From assembly GCA_030867685.1 (NCBI GenBank), contig JAQOWU010000008.1, positions 2,914,001 to 2,978,000 of the forward strand: a stretch of 64,000 bases of DNA, given 5' to 3'. Each line of letters begins with the position of its first letter. Within the stretch, counting starts at the first letter, position 1. Source of the stretch: Wickerhamiella versatilis (Eukaryota). Positions 1 through 10,037 of the stretch are shown here, piece by piece. The position numbers and the translations under genes were made by a program. Under the pieces are notes generated by a model. It worked only from the letters and a program-made list of their open reading frames with translations, made no database searches and was not told where the DNA came from.

Positions 1-381
1 AACCATCTCCTCTTGATCGACCTCAAGCCACAACACATAGATGGTGCAAGGGTGGAATACGTTTTGGACCTGATAAACGTTGCTGCCAACAAGAACACAG
101 TTCCTGGTGACCGTAGTGCTCTTGTGCCCGGTGGACTAAGGGTAGGCACACCAGCGATGACAACCAGACAGTTTACTGAAGAGGATTTCAGGCAAGTCGC
201 TTCCATTATAGACACTGCAGTAAAAATTGCTGTGAGAATTAAGGCTGAAGTTGCGGCGAAGGTCGAAAAGCCGAAACTTGTAGACTTTAAGGCTCATGCC
301 GTCAATGATGCTGAAATCAAAGATCTTCGTGAAAACATTGTATCTTGGGCCTCCAAGTTCCCAGTTCCTGGAACTTCATAG
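1..381 (+). CDS. SHM1: Serine hydroxymethyltransferase, 3' part (5'-truncated by window), probably the mitochondrial isoform
   Basis: Frame open from base 1: NHLLLIDL..GARVE..NKNTVPGDRSALVPGGLRVGTPAMTTR. The C-terminal FPVPG resembles Shm1 more than Shm2. Confidence 0.9.
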   Translation, partial: NHLLLIDLKPQHIDGARVEYVLDLINVAANKNTVPGDRSALVPGGLRVGTPAMTTRQFTEEDFRQVASIIDTAVKIAVRIKAEVAAKVEKPKLVDFKAHAVNDAEIKDLRENIVSWASKFPVPGTS

Positions 382-475
382 CTTAAAAAATAAGTTTTCT
401 GCTCTGTTCTAATGTAAGTTACTTTACGGTTAAATAAATAAAAGCACTGGACAATCCACCTTGCTTACCAACCAA

Positions 476-1552
476 ATGTCAAGTCGTAAAGAATTCAAGC
501 ACCCAGTGCTTGAACTTTTCGGCATCAAACGCTTGCGCGTGCCCCATCGTAACTGGCTAATATTTTGGGGAGTTGTAGGAGGACTTGTTGGTGCCTACCA
601 GTATGATCAAAGCGAAAAACGGAGAGTGAAGGATTTTTGGAAAGAGCGGGTCTCGGCCCTAGCCGCCCAACCAATAAGTGGAGATGAACTGCCTCGAAAA
701 GTGAAAGTGTATATAGCTCCACCTCCCCAGGACTTCCTTGATGTTTCTCAGAGACATTTCCGGAGCTATATCAAGCCAATTTTAACTGCGGCAGCAGTGG
801 ACCATGAGATCATCGATGAAAAGCAACAGGGCCACATCCGCACAGTGGTTGCCCAAGAAATAAGAGAAAAGCGACGTGGAAAGCAGACAGAGATGGATGA
901 TCTTGACGCCAGGATTATGCAAGGAATACACAGAGATAACCGTGGAGGAGCATTGATTGTTGGGAGAGGCGCATATAAAGAGTGGATGTCTGGACTCCAG
1001 GAAGGCTGGGAAGGTCCTTTGGAAGAACCGGAGTCTGTAAAAGAACTTAAGTCGAAAATTCAGAAGACGCGGGAGGAAAAGGTTGAGAAAGAAAAGACTG
1101 AAGCTGCGGAAAAAGGACGGGAATATGAACCAGATGATGATGATAAGTGGGAGGAAGAAAATCGTAAGAAGTATCCAGTCGAACCGGCATGGCTGAGAGC
1201 AGCTGATTATGAAGAATGTGTCGTACCAGAAAATATGTCTGCATCGCCTTTCGCGGTATTCCGAAATCCCCGCCTAATTGGAATCCATAATATCCCGTGG
1301 CGTATATATCGCTTTTTCAACCAGCGTTATCTGGCTGATGAAATGGCTCGTACCGCAGCTGCCGTAGTCTTGGATATGCGTCGTCCTTTCCGTCCTGAAG
1401 ATGTAAATCTAGCGCTTTCAGATGAAGATGACTGGCCTCATCGCTTCAAGCAGCAGGGCGCCGATAAGGATTCTGAGTGGATGCGGGATTTTGCCGTTGA
1501 TCCCCGTATTGGTGAAAAATTGGAAGTTTATGAGTACATAGAGAAGAAATAG
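476..1552 (+). CDS. TIM54: Mitochondrial TIM22 complex subunit Tim54
   Basis: HPVLELFGIKRLRVPHRNWLIFW + TM segment, RKVKVYIAPPPQD, FRSYIKPILTAAAVD, GRGAYKEWMSGLQEGW. First ATG at 476. Confidence 0.9.
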   Translation: MSSRKEFKHPVLELFGIKRLRVPHRNWLIFWGVVGGLVGAYQYDQSEKRRVKDFWKERVSALAAQPISGDELPRKVKVYIAPPPQDFLDVSQRHFRSYIKPILTAAAVDHEIIDEKQQGHIRTVVAQEIREKRRGKQTEMDDLDARIMQGIHRDNRGGALIVGRGAYKEWMSGLQEGWEGPLEEPESVKELKSKIQKTREEKVEKEKTEAAEKGREYEPDDDDKWEEENRKKYPVEPAWLRAADYEECVVPENMSASPFAVFRNPRLIGIHNIPWRIYRFFNQRYLADEMARTAAAVVLDMRRPFRPEDVNLALSDEDDWPHRFKQQGADKDSEWMRDFAVDPRIGEKLEVYEYIEKK

Positions 1553-1726
1553 AATCTAGCAAATTGCGCTAATTAGAGAGATTGGATAGTTGTATAACCG
1601 CATAAAATTTCTCGTTATCCCCTCCAAAAAAACCATAATAGTATATAAAAAATTATCTGATGCCCTTCGTGTAACACGTGGCTTGTTTCTTCCACACACA
1701 GGACTACATTAACTACTCATTGGTAG

Positions 1727-3118
1727 CTATTCACGACGTTTTTTGTTTTTATTGAATATCTTATCGATGGCAAGGTCAAGATCCTCCGCAGTCCTCTTCC
1801 GTCGCGAACCGTGACTTGTCTGCGACGACCTGCGCCGATGCTTCCACCCTAAGTCACGTTTTGAAATCTTTGGGGTCTTTTCTACCCGCTCACCCTGCTC
1901 TTCCTTACCGTTATGCTCATTCTCAGGCTGCGGCGCTGACGACGTACGATTAGACGGCTTCTGCAAGAGCCTAGAATAAATGAGCATGTATGATGAGGGC
2001 TGTTTGCGCACGAAAGACTCCGATACCCTTCTCAGCTCGTCGTCATCATAAAATACCCACTCACCACCAGGCTGACGACAAAGTGCAACATAATGGCCAG
2101 AAGAAACAGTTCTCCCCTCATGTATAATGACAGCAACCAATTTATATTTCAAAGGTCCATCAAGATTATATTGCGTAAGGTCAAGATCGACCGGATATGA
2201 CATCGGATCTTTGACCTTGGAAGGATGCTCTCCTTCGAATTTGAACCGCTTTATATGCACTGTAAGATACTCGGGAGCATCTTTAATGGAAACACCCTTG
2301 AGCGCACTGGTTTCCGAGTGACAGCTCTCACACTTGTATCCTTTACCATGCGAGCTTGACGGGCGTATGGCTTCTGGCGTAAAAAAGTCCTCAATTGCTT
2401 GATCTAGGGAGTAATGCTTACTACCCTGCTGTTTTGGTGAGAAACTAACCGATAAATCATAGAAATCTTGGTTAGTGGTTGACACATGGCCACACTTCTT
2501 ACAAGCGATTCGTTGTTCAGCAGTGCCGCCGAAGATATCATGAATTATAGAACTACGCAGCTTCTCGCCTTTCGGCACACTATCCTCCTGTAAACGTGAG
2601 ACAATGCTCATCCAAAATTCATGGGCATCTTCCTGCCTCCACTCCGATAACATAGGGTTTATATCATCAAGCCGCCTGATGAGCTTTGAGGGATGAACTC
2701 TTACTCTATGTCCCGGCTCGGTAACCTTCTTGTACAAAGCAGCAACATCACGAGTGACAGAGTTGTACTTCAAGCCAGCTACTTTGTTTCTATACACGTC
2801 CGTCAGGTATTTAGCGATTGCCGGAATGTGAAATAGAGCTTGTAGCGCGGCATTCATATAACAGGTGACTCCGCGATTTTCCAGGCCGAGAGGTGATCTG
2901 CTGCTGCCTGACCATGACTTTTGTATTCTGGCAGGCTGTCTCGTACCCTTATCATGCGGATTTTCCGATACATCCCAAAATGCAGGTTTTGGAGATGCGG
3001 ATGGTTCAGGGAGACTTTGGGAACGTCTACCAAGAGCAATGTAATTGCTTGGTCTACGTGCAACTGATTCCGGGACTCTTGGCTCCCTGAACCTCAGCGG
3101 CTCTTCAGCCGCCATCAT
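1727..3118 (-). CDS. UBP10: Ubiquitin-specific protease (Ubp10/USP36-like)
   Basis: Cys box GLENRGVTCYMNAALQ, QEDAHEF, His box HEGRTVSSGHYVA, basic C-terminal tail. Confidence 0.8.
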   Translation of the reverse strand: MMAAEEPLRFREPRVPESVARRPSNYIALGRRSQSLPEPSASPKPAFWDVSENPHDKGTRQPARIQKSWSGSSRSPLGLENRGVTCYMNAALQALFHIPAIAKYLTDVYRNKVAGLKYNSVTRDVAALYKKVTEPGHRVRVHPSKLIRRLDDINPMLSEWRQEDAHEFWMSIVSRLQEDSVPKGEKLRSSIIHDIFGGTAEQRIACKKCGHVSTTNQDFYDLSVSFSPKQQGSKHYSLDQAIEDFFTPEAIRPSSSHGKGYKCESCHSETSALKGVSIKDAPEYLTVHIKRFKFEGEHPSKVKDPMSYPVDLDLTQYNLDGPLKYKLVAVIIHEGRTVSSGHYVALCRQPGGEWVFYDDDELRRVSESFVRKQPSSYMLIYSRLLQKPSNRTSSAPQPENEHNGKEEQGERVEKTPKISKRDLGWKHRRRSSQTSHGSRRKRTAEDLDLAIDKIFNKNKKRRE

Positions 3119-3231
3119 GTCAGAAGGCCGCGCAGGTGCCAGTCGAGGGAAGATTTACCAGGGCTAGGGCGAGGCAGAAAAAATATTACGTGAGATAAAA
3201 CGAATTCTTGAGTATCTTTCACTGAAGGAAT

Positions 3232-5577
3232 ATGGGGAAGAGTGAGAAGAAGCACGGGAAGGGTCGCTTGGACCACTACTACCGTTTAGCAAAGGAAAGG
3301 GGGTATAGGGCCCGCTCAGCATTCAAGATAATCCAGCTAAATCAGAAGTATGGATTTTTTGCACCTCAGCGTAAGAATAGACCAATGTGCATTATTGACC
3401 TTTGTGCCGCACCTGGTGGTTGGTTGCAGGTTGCCCAGCAGAGCTGTCCAGTCAATTCGCTCATTGTAGGGGTTGATCTTGCCCCTATAAAGCCTATTCC
3501 TAATGTCATTTCCTTTCAATCTGATATCACCACGGACCATTGCCGTTCTCAGCTGAGAGGCTATCTTAAAACGTGGAAAGCTGATATAATTATGCACGAT
3601 GGTGCACCTAACGTAGGTATGGCATGGACCCAAGATGCATTTTCCCAGGCAGAGCTTGTATTGCAATCATTTAGACTTGCCACCGAATTTTTGCAGCCTG
3701 GTGGGTGGTTTGTTACGAAGGTATTCCGTTCCAAGGACTACAATAAACTGATGTGGGTGTTCAATCAGTTTTTTGGCAAATGCGAAGCTACAAAGCCGCC
3801 CTCGTCACGAAATGTGTCTGCAGAAATCTTTGTCGTTTGCAAAGGGTATACTGCTCCGAAGCACATTGACCCGCGGCTTTTAGATTCTAGTTATGTGTTT
3901 GAGGATCTTGAAGAGCCATCGCTGAATGCTCAACAGCGGGTGTACAACCCAGAGAAAAAGCAACGTAAACGAGATGGCTATGATGAGGAAAATTTCCTGC
4001 AATTCAAACGGCGCCCCGTTCTCGATTTCTTGCATGCACAAGATCCTGTGAAGATGCTTGCGGAGACAACCGAATTTGAATGGAATAAGCAGCTGCCAGA
4101 GGTCAAGTCACTTGAGCAGTTGCCTCAGACCACCAAGGACCTCAAGGAGTGTTTCAAGGATCTTAAGGTGCTTGGAAAGAAAGACTTCAGAATGATATTG
4201 AAGTGGCGAATGCATGGTCGTAAGCACCTAGGTCTTGAAAAGGCCCCGGAACCCAAGCCAGAACCGGCGCCGTTGTCCCAGGACGAGAAGATCGAAAAGG
4301 AGCTGGAGGAGACCCAACAATCGATTGATGCACGGAAAAAGAGAGAGCGTCGAAGACGTAACGAAATGAAGCAACGTGAAATTAAGCGGATGCAATTGGG
4401 CATGACGGCTCCGGAAGGCATGGGAATTGAAGAGCATGATGACCTGTTCGATCTCAATCGCGTTGAGAGGCTTGGTGCTGCGGAGTCATTGGTCCGGGGC
4501 CATCAAAAGGCTCCTGTTTTGGGCAAGTCATACGATGACATCGTGCTTGAATCGGGAATGGACCAAAACCCCAGTATTAGTGACAACGAGTCCGCTGGAT
4601 CTGGTGATGATGCGGCAGAAAATGAGCCCGAGGATTCAGATTCGGAGGACGAAAGACTGGCGGATGAGCTGGATAATATGTATGATGCGTATCAGGAGCG
4701 ACAGTCGAAGACAGCCGAGCAGAGGGCTTTGAAGGAGCGTAAACAGGAACAGTGGGATGGCTTTGAGAGCTCTGAGGACAACTCACTGGACTCAGCCTCT
4801 GAATCAGAGGCTGATGGTGATGTTCCCGAAAAAGAGCAAATCAGTAATAAGGCTGCTATGTTTTTTGACAATCCTGCATTCAAAGACCTCGCTGTGGACT
4901 CGTCTGAGTCTGAGCATGACACCTCCGATGAATCGGAATTGGGCGCCGAGGAATCAGAGTCCGAGCCCACCTCAGAGGCCCAGACCCCACCAAACGAGGA
5001 AGAGCCCTTTGATCCGACCAAGATGGAAAATCCCGAGGATCAGGCCATACGTATGACCCTGGCGCATCAGCTAGCCACGGGACAAATCACGAAACATGAT
5101 CTTGAAAATGAGGGTTATAACAAGATTAGCTTCCGTGATACGGAGGGCTTGCCCCAGTGGTTTCTGGACGATGAAAAGAAGCACACGAAATTGACAAAAC
5201 CCGTCACGAAGGAGGCAGTAGCGGCCTATCGGGAGCAGCTGAAGGCCCTCAACGCACGGCCTATCAAGAAGGTTGCCGAAGCACAGGCTCGAAAGCGTAT
5301 GAGGGCTCAGCGCAAGTTTGAGAAGCTGCGCAAGAAGAGCGACGTCATCGCAGACGATGCCTCGAAGACAGAGCGTGAAAAGTCCGACGAAATTGGCAAG
5401 TTGTTGCGCCGTGCGCACACGAAGGAGAAACCGAAGATTACTGTAGTTGCGGCCAAGGGTATCAACCGTGGGCTGAAAGGTCGGCCCATGGGTGTACGGG
5501 GCAAGTATAAGATGGTTGATGGAAGGATGAAGAAGGAAATGAGGGCCCTCAAGCGCGCTGATAAGAAGAAAAGGTAG
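3232..5577 (+). CDS. SPB1: 27S pre-rRNA 2'-O-methyltransferase Spb1
   Basis: MGKSEKKHGKGRLDHYYRLAKERGYRARSAFK, FtsJ motifs DLCAAPGGW and HDGAPNVG, C-terminal YKMVDGRMKKEMRALKR. Confidence 0.97.
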   Translation: MGKSEKKHGKGRLDHYYRLAKERGYRARSAFKIIQLNQKYGFFAPQRKNRPMCIIDLCAAPGGWLQVAQQSCPVNSLIVGVDLAPIKPIPNVISFQSDITTDHCRSQLRGYLKTWKADIIMHDGAPNVGMAWTQDAFSQAELVLQSFRLATEFLQPGGWFVTKVFRSKDYNKLMWVFNQFFGKCEATKPPSSRNVSAEIFVVCKGYTAPKHIDPRLLDSSYVFEDLEEPSLNAQQRVYNPEKKQRKRDGYDEENFLQFKRRPVLDFLHAQDPVKMLAETTEFEWNKQLPEVKSLEQLPQTTKDLKECFKDLKVLGKKDFRMILKWRMHGRKHLGLEKAPEPKPEPAPLSQDEKIEKELEETQQSIDARKKRERRRRNEMKQREIKRMQLGMTAPEGMGIEEHDDLFDLNRVERLGAAESLVRGHQKAPVLGKSYDDIVLESGMDQNPSISDNESAGSGDDAAENEPEDSDSEDERLADELDNMYDAYQERQSKTAEQRALKERKQEQWDGFESSEDNSLDSASESEADGDVPEKEQISNKAAMFFDNPAFKDLAVDSSESEHDTSDESELGAEESESEPTSEAQTPPNEEEPFDPTKMENPEDQAIRMTLAHQLATGQITKHDLENEGYNKISFRDTEGLPQWFLDDEKKHTKLTKPVTKEAVAAYREQLKALNARPIKKVAEAQARKRMRAQRKFEKLRKKSDVIADDASKTEREKSDEIGKLLRRAHTKEKPKITVVAAKGINRGLKGRPMGVRGKYKMVDGRMKKEMRALKRADKKKR

Positions 5578-6090
5578 TGCTTTACACTATGCATACTATA
5601 GTGATAGAATAATATATATTATACTGATAAACACATGTGAAGCAAACTAAAGCCGAGGAAAGCTGATTAGAGCAGGTCACTTTGGTTACTTGGTGCGACA
5701 GAATGATATCTGGGAAGGGGTTGTCGGCGGTGATCAATTCCAAAGCCTGGCCCGGTGTATGGAACCGGCTGATAGCTTAACCAGTGGAAATTTGAAGCTA
5801 CATCAGTAGAAAAACAGCTAAATTTGTGGTTAGGGGATGTACGTATACTAGCACAGGGCAAAATGTAGGGCAGGGCAGTAGGTACCACAACTAAAAGTCA
5901 CAAATGACTGAACCCCGAGAATGACAGTAACAAAGTGGATAATCCATCCCCGAAAAAGTTTTTGCAGTGTCCCTTTACTTGAAGGCGAAGCACTAAGTCG
6001 AATTTTCTCCTCTTGCTATCCCCTATGCTGATGTTTAGTCTTCGGGGCTAGGGTTAATCTCAATAAGAATAAACCCCTCACGGAAATGAT

Positions 6091-6130
6091 GGGCACGGTA
6101 TCGGGCACGGTATCGGGCACGGGTAGGGTT
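6091..6130 (+). repeat. 12-bp tandem repeat (GGGCACGGTATC)x2 plus partial copy ending GGGTAGGGTT
   Basis: Read directly at 6091-6130, about 200 bp upstream of the TAY1-like ATG. Confidence 0.9.
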
Positions 6131-6331
6131 CGGATTGGAGTGATATACTGTGACTGTGATAAATTTTGTTGAGTATTTTTACCTTTTCACTTCTTTCTAT
6201 ACATTGCTTCTAGACCATTAGCAAGGAGGCGCACTGCTGCTGCCGACAAATGTGTCAGCATCTATAACTGTAACATAAGCAGCCCTTTTCCGCCTCCCAA
6301 CCCCACCCCGTACCTCAGCCTAGGACGCGAT

Positions 6332-7735
6332 ATGTCGGGCAAACAGGAATATGTGCACGAAATAGACCCAGAAATTGTTCGTGAGGAGCAACAGGCAGCA
6401 GAGCGTGCTACCAGTACGAAGCCTAGCGGCGTTGACCTCCAGCAAGCTCTGCATTCCGCTGTCGGCATGAACAAGCTGTCTCAGGGTTCACCAACACAGC
6501 AGGCACAGCAGCAAGCGTATGGTATCTCGCAGCCGTCTCAGTCGCAGTACTTGAGCGACCCTAATGCTGGTATTGGCCACTCAGCGGACCATTATGGTCC
6601 CTCGTCGGTTAGCTACCAACAGTACGCGTCGCAGGCGTCCCATCCGGGATATATGCAGCAGGGAGCTGCGCAGCAGGGTCGCCAAGGCAGTAGTGGACCG
6701 TCGGAGCAGACCACGGCAGCAGCAATGGCGGCAGCAGCCCAGCAGCAACAAGCAGCGGCAGCCGCGGCAGCGGCAGCCGCGGCGGCAGCTCAGGGTCCTG
6801 GCCAACAGCTAGGCCTGGACCGTCTTTCCTCACCGAGCCAACAGAGTGGGCAGCCTGGACGGTCAGGAAAGCGGAGAGTCCGCCTAGGATGGACCGAAGA
6901 AGAGACGCGTCATCTGATGGAAGGCTGTAAGCGACATGGTGTAGGCAATTGGAAGAAGATCTTGACGGATCCGCAGTTTGTGTTCAACTGCCGCACTGCT
7001 GTTGATCTCAAGGACCGCTTTCGCACCAGTTTCCCCGAGGAATATTCCAGGTTATACCCTAATGCCCGTACCCATAAGGTGAAGCGGGCCACTCCACAGA
7101 ATGAAATGAGTGGACTTACCAAGGTAAATCGAAAGGAGCGCCGTGCGTTCACACCCGAGGAGGATGAGAGATTGCTTCAAGGGTTTTTGAAACATGGTCC
7201 GGCATGGTCCAAAATTCAGCGTGATCAGTCACTAAATCTTGGCGACCGTCGCTCGACTGACCTTCGTGACCGCTTCCGCAATGCCTTCCCAGAGCGTTAT
7301 ACCGCAGCTGGTTACAAGGGCCGTGCGGCTGGTAAGGTCGGCGGTAACGCTTCTGGGGCCGGTGGATTGGCAGCGGCAGGAGATGGTCTCTCGTCGGTTA
7401 ATCACGCGTCGATCCCCACCTCTATTGGTGGTGGCTTTGACGAAGAAATGCACATACCTCAGCACCCAATGATGCAAAGCTCCCGTTATGCTATGATGCA
7501 ACCGCCTCTAACCCAGCTACAGGGTATGCAAGGTATGGGATACCCCTCCCAAGCCGTTTATTTCACTCCACAAATGGGGCAGCTTGGACAGCTTGGCCAG
7601 ATGGGCCAGATGGGTCAAATGGGTCAAATGGGCCAGATGGGTCAGATGGGCCAGATGGGTCAATTGAATCAAATGCAGCAGCTGAATCAGTTGGGTCTTT
7701 TCCGTCAAAGTCCACAGGGGCAACAGCAGTCTTAG
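6332..7735 (+). CDS. TAY1: Double Myb/telobox-domain DNA-binding protein, Tay1/Teb1-like
   Basis: Two TRF-type Myb repeats: WTEEETRHLMEGCKRHGVGNWKKIL..RTAVDLKDRFR and FTPEEDERLLQGFLKHGPAWSKI..RRSTDLRDRFR. Q/A-rich flanks. Confidence 0.85.
   Translation: MSGKQEYVHEIDPEIVREEQQAAERATSTKPSGVDLQQALHSAVGMNKLSQGSPTQQAQQQAYGISQPSQSQYLSDPNAGIGHSADHYGPSSVSYQQYASQASHPGYMQQGAAQQGRQGSSGPSEQTTAAAMAAAAQQQQAAAAAAAAAAAAAQGPGQQLGLDRLSSPSQQSGQPGRSGKRRVRLGWTEEETRHLMEGCKRHGVGNWKKILTDPQFVFNCRTAVDLKDRFRTSFPEEYSRLYPNARTHKVKRATPQNEMSGLTKVNRKERRAFTPEEDERLLQGFLKHGPAWSKIQRDQSLNLGDRRSTDLRDRFRNAFPERYTAAGYKGRAAGKVGGNASGAGGLAAAGDGLSSVNHASIPTSIGGGFDEEMHIPQHPMMQSSRYAMMQPPLTQLQGMQGMGYPSQAVYFTPQMGQLGQLGQMGQMGQMGQMGQMGQMGQMGQLNQMQQLNQLGLFRQSPQGQQQS
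7577..7670 (+). repeat. 9-bp coding minisatellite encoding (GQM/GQL)~10
   Basis: ggccagatg/ggtcaaatg units, translated as GQLGQLGQMGQMGQMGQMGQMGQMGQMGQL. Confidence 0.9.
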
Positions 7736-8092
7736 GAGTATATGAACTAAATTAATTTTTCTAGTAACTTATGGTATTCAATCTCTTTGACAATGTCACA
7801 AAGGCTATATATATGAGTTGTTGAGAAAGATAAAGAAAGACCTGATCTTTTTTGTAAAGTCAGATTCTTTCTAATAAAGTCTTATTTCTTGTTCATCGCA
7901 GAAGCCCGAGCTTGAGTCCCCTACATACCCTAACATCAGAATAGGCTACAGTATGTTTTCCACTGACAGTTGACACAGGAGCAACAAAGTAAAACTACAT
8001 AAATAACTGGAATACCTTAGCACAAATATAATTAATCGATTATATGCCTAGAGTACACTCCTGCGATTGAGGAAAATGATATCAACATGGAG

Positions 8093-8211
8093 GTGGCTGG
8101 CCTCCGCATGTCAATCAGAGGAAGTGGCTGGCCAGATAATGTGCAGAATTACCGAAACAGGTAATCGCGGATCAAGCTGGATGATGCATGCAGACATCAA
8201 TTGAATATAAA
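8093..8211 (+). promoter_or_regulatory. Putative Ace2/Swi5 sites (GCTGG x3) and TATA box of SCW11
   Basis: GCTGG at 8096, 8127 and 8176 (GTGGCTGGCC twice). TATAAA at 8206. SCW11 is an Ace2 target in other yeasts. Confidence 0.5.
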
Positions 8212-8327
8212 GTTAAGAAGGTAGATCTATCTGAGCGGAAAAATCGTCTAGGCGACCACGACCAGAATCCCACTTTAGCCCTTCCTTGGCATCATCACTA
8301 GCGCATTCATTCTTTACAGCGCCAAAT

Positions 8328-9986
8328 ATGCAATCAAAATTCCTTCTTTTTTCTCTTCTTTCTTTAACGACGGCAATGCCCGTAATTCAGTTCGTGACTC
8401 ACACCAACGATATCGACTATGTGACCAAGGATGGTGATGGTGCCACCGCATTCGTTACTGATACTACGGGATACTGGGAATACACCACCATGTGGCCTAG
8501 TGCGACAATAGAGTCTTCTTCTCCTGTCTCCCCATCGGCAATAGAGTCCTCAGTTGTCTCATCTGAATCTCCTGAATCTCCTGAAACGTCGAACCAGTTG
8601 CCCGCTCAGCCAACTTCGACGACTTCAGCATATAGCAGTCCTTCCACCACTGAGCAGCAGGTAACAAGTGCCTCCGCTACTGTGTCTCCTGGACCACAAA
8701 AGACAACTACGACTGCGGGTGAAGCTCCTGATACGACGACGAGCCAAATTTCGTCCTCTTCCACAAGCTCTAGTGCTGAGGCTACTTCCGAAGAGCCTAG
8801 TAGTAGTTCCGAAGGTTCGACCTTGCTCTCATCTGCAGCTACTAGTGTGCCAGAGACATCTTCAGAGAACACTCCGCAACCATCTCCTTCAACTAGCTCG
8901 GATGCAGTAACTCCCTCAACAAGTCTGAACACTGCACAAACCTCGAGCTCTGTCGAAATTTCTTCGACGTCTAGTATAACTTCACCAGAGCCTGAAACTA
9001 CGAGCTCGGAAGCAGTTACTTCCTCAACAACTGTGAGCACTACGCAAACTTCGAGCTCTGTCGAGATTCCTTCGACATCTAGTATAACTTCATCAGAGCC
9101 ACAAACTACTAGTACGTCACAAACTCCATCCACTACGCAGGAGAGTTCTACTTCAACTTCAAGTAGCCAGACACAACCCACGTCTTCTCGGGCACTACCA
9201 AATTACATCGTTTACAGCCCTTATAATGACAATGGTGCATGTAAAGATTCCACCACTGTTAAGAACGATCTAGCTGATATCAGCTCAAAGGGGATTAACA
9301 AAATCCGTGTCTATGCTACAGACTGTAACTCGCTCGAGACAATTCAGCCTGCCGCAAAAACTTTAGGTATGAAGGTATTGCAAGGCCTTTGGATTGGATC
9401 TTCAGGATTGAGCAATCTGGACCAATCCCTTTCTGAACTACTGAGCTATACTAATGATAACGGTTGGGACGTTATTGAATCTATCGTTATCGGTAATGAG
9501 GATGTGACGAGTGGCTACGTCTCGGCTTCAGACCTTGTCAACAAAGCTAGAGATGTTCGCTCCAAGCTTAAAGCGGCTGGATTCTCAGGTAAAATAATGC
9601 ATGCAGAAACGACGCAGGCGTATCTCTCTAACCAAGAGCTGTGTCAAAATGATGTATTTGACGTAATTGGACTTAATGCACATTCATTCTTTGACCCAAA
9701 TAGTGCTGCAGGTGATGCTGGATCTTTCTTGAAGGGACAAGTCTCTCAGGTGTCAGAGAAGTGTTCATCCAACAAAGAAGTATTTATCACAGAAACAGGC
9801 TATCCTTGGAAAGGGGACTCTAATGGCAAAAACGTGCCATCGCGTGACAACCAGATTTCCGCAATTGATTCAATTCTTAAGCACTATGGAGAAGACTGCG
9901 TAATTCTAACAACATTTGATGATTTGTGGAAGCCACCTGGTGATTATAATGTTGAGCAATATTTTGGAACCCTGTCATGGATTTAA
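8328..9986 (+). CDS. SCW11: Cell-wall GH17 glucanase-like protein Scw11
   Basis: Signal peptide MQSKFLLFSLLSLTTA, long Ser/Thr stalk, GH17 domain (IVYSPYNDNGACK, IRVYATDC, IVIGNE, VFITETGYP, VEQYFG). Confidence 0.85.
   Translation: MQSKFLLFSLLSLTTAMPVIQFVTHTNDIDYVTKDGDGATAFVTDTTGYWEYTTMWPSATIESSSPVSPSAIESSVVSSESPESPETSNQLPAQPTSTTSAYSSPSTTEQQVTSASATVSPGPQKTTTTAGEAPDTTTSQISSSSTSSSAEATSEEPSSSSEGSTLLSSAATSVPETSSENTPQPSPSTSSDAVTPSTSLNTAQTSSSVEISSTSSITSPEPETTSSEAVTSSTTVSTTQTSSSVEIPSTSSITSSEPQTTSTSQTPSTTQESSTSTSSSQTQPTSSRALPNYIVYSPYNDNGACKDSTTVKNDLADISSKGINKIRVYATDCNSLETIQPAAKTLGMKVLQGLWIGSSGLSNLDQSLSELLSYTNDNGWDVIESIVIGNEDVTSGYVSASDLVNKARDVRSKLKAAGFSGKIMHAETTQAYLSNQELCQNDVFDVIGLNAHSFFDPNSAAGDAGSFLKGQVSQVSEKCSSNKEVFITETGYPWKGDSNGKNVPSRDNQISAIDSILKHYGEDCVILTTFDDLWKPPGDYNVEQYFGTLSWI
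8892..9107 (+). repeat. Two diverged 108-bp (36-aa) tandem units in the Scw11 Ser/Thr stalk
   Basis: Units start at 8892 and 9000: TSS(D/E)AVT..QTSSSVEI(S/P)STSSITS(P/S)EP(E/Q)T. Confidence 0.85.
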
Positions 9987-10037
9987 TGTGCATATGTTTT
10001 GAGTTGAATAGCGTAATAGCAATATATATATAGAACT

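Noticed and set aside
5667..5888. 73-aa ORF in the SPB1-TAY1 spacer
   Set aside because: Non-ATG start and no recognisable motif.
8606..9181. 191-aa V/E-rich ORF on the - strand
   Set aside because: Antisense shadow of the Ser/Thr stalk of SCW11.
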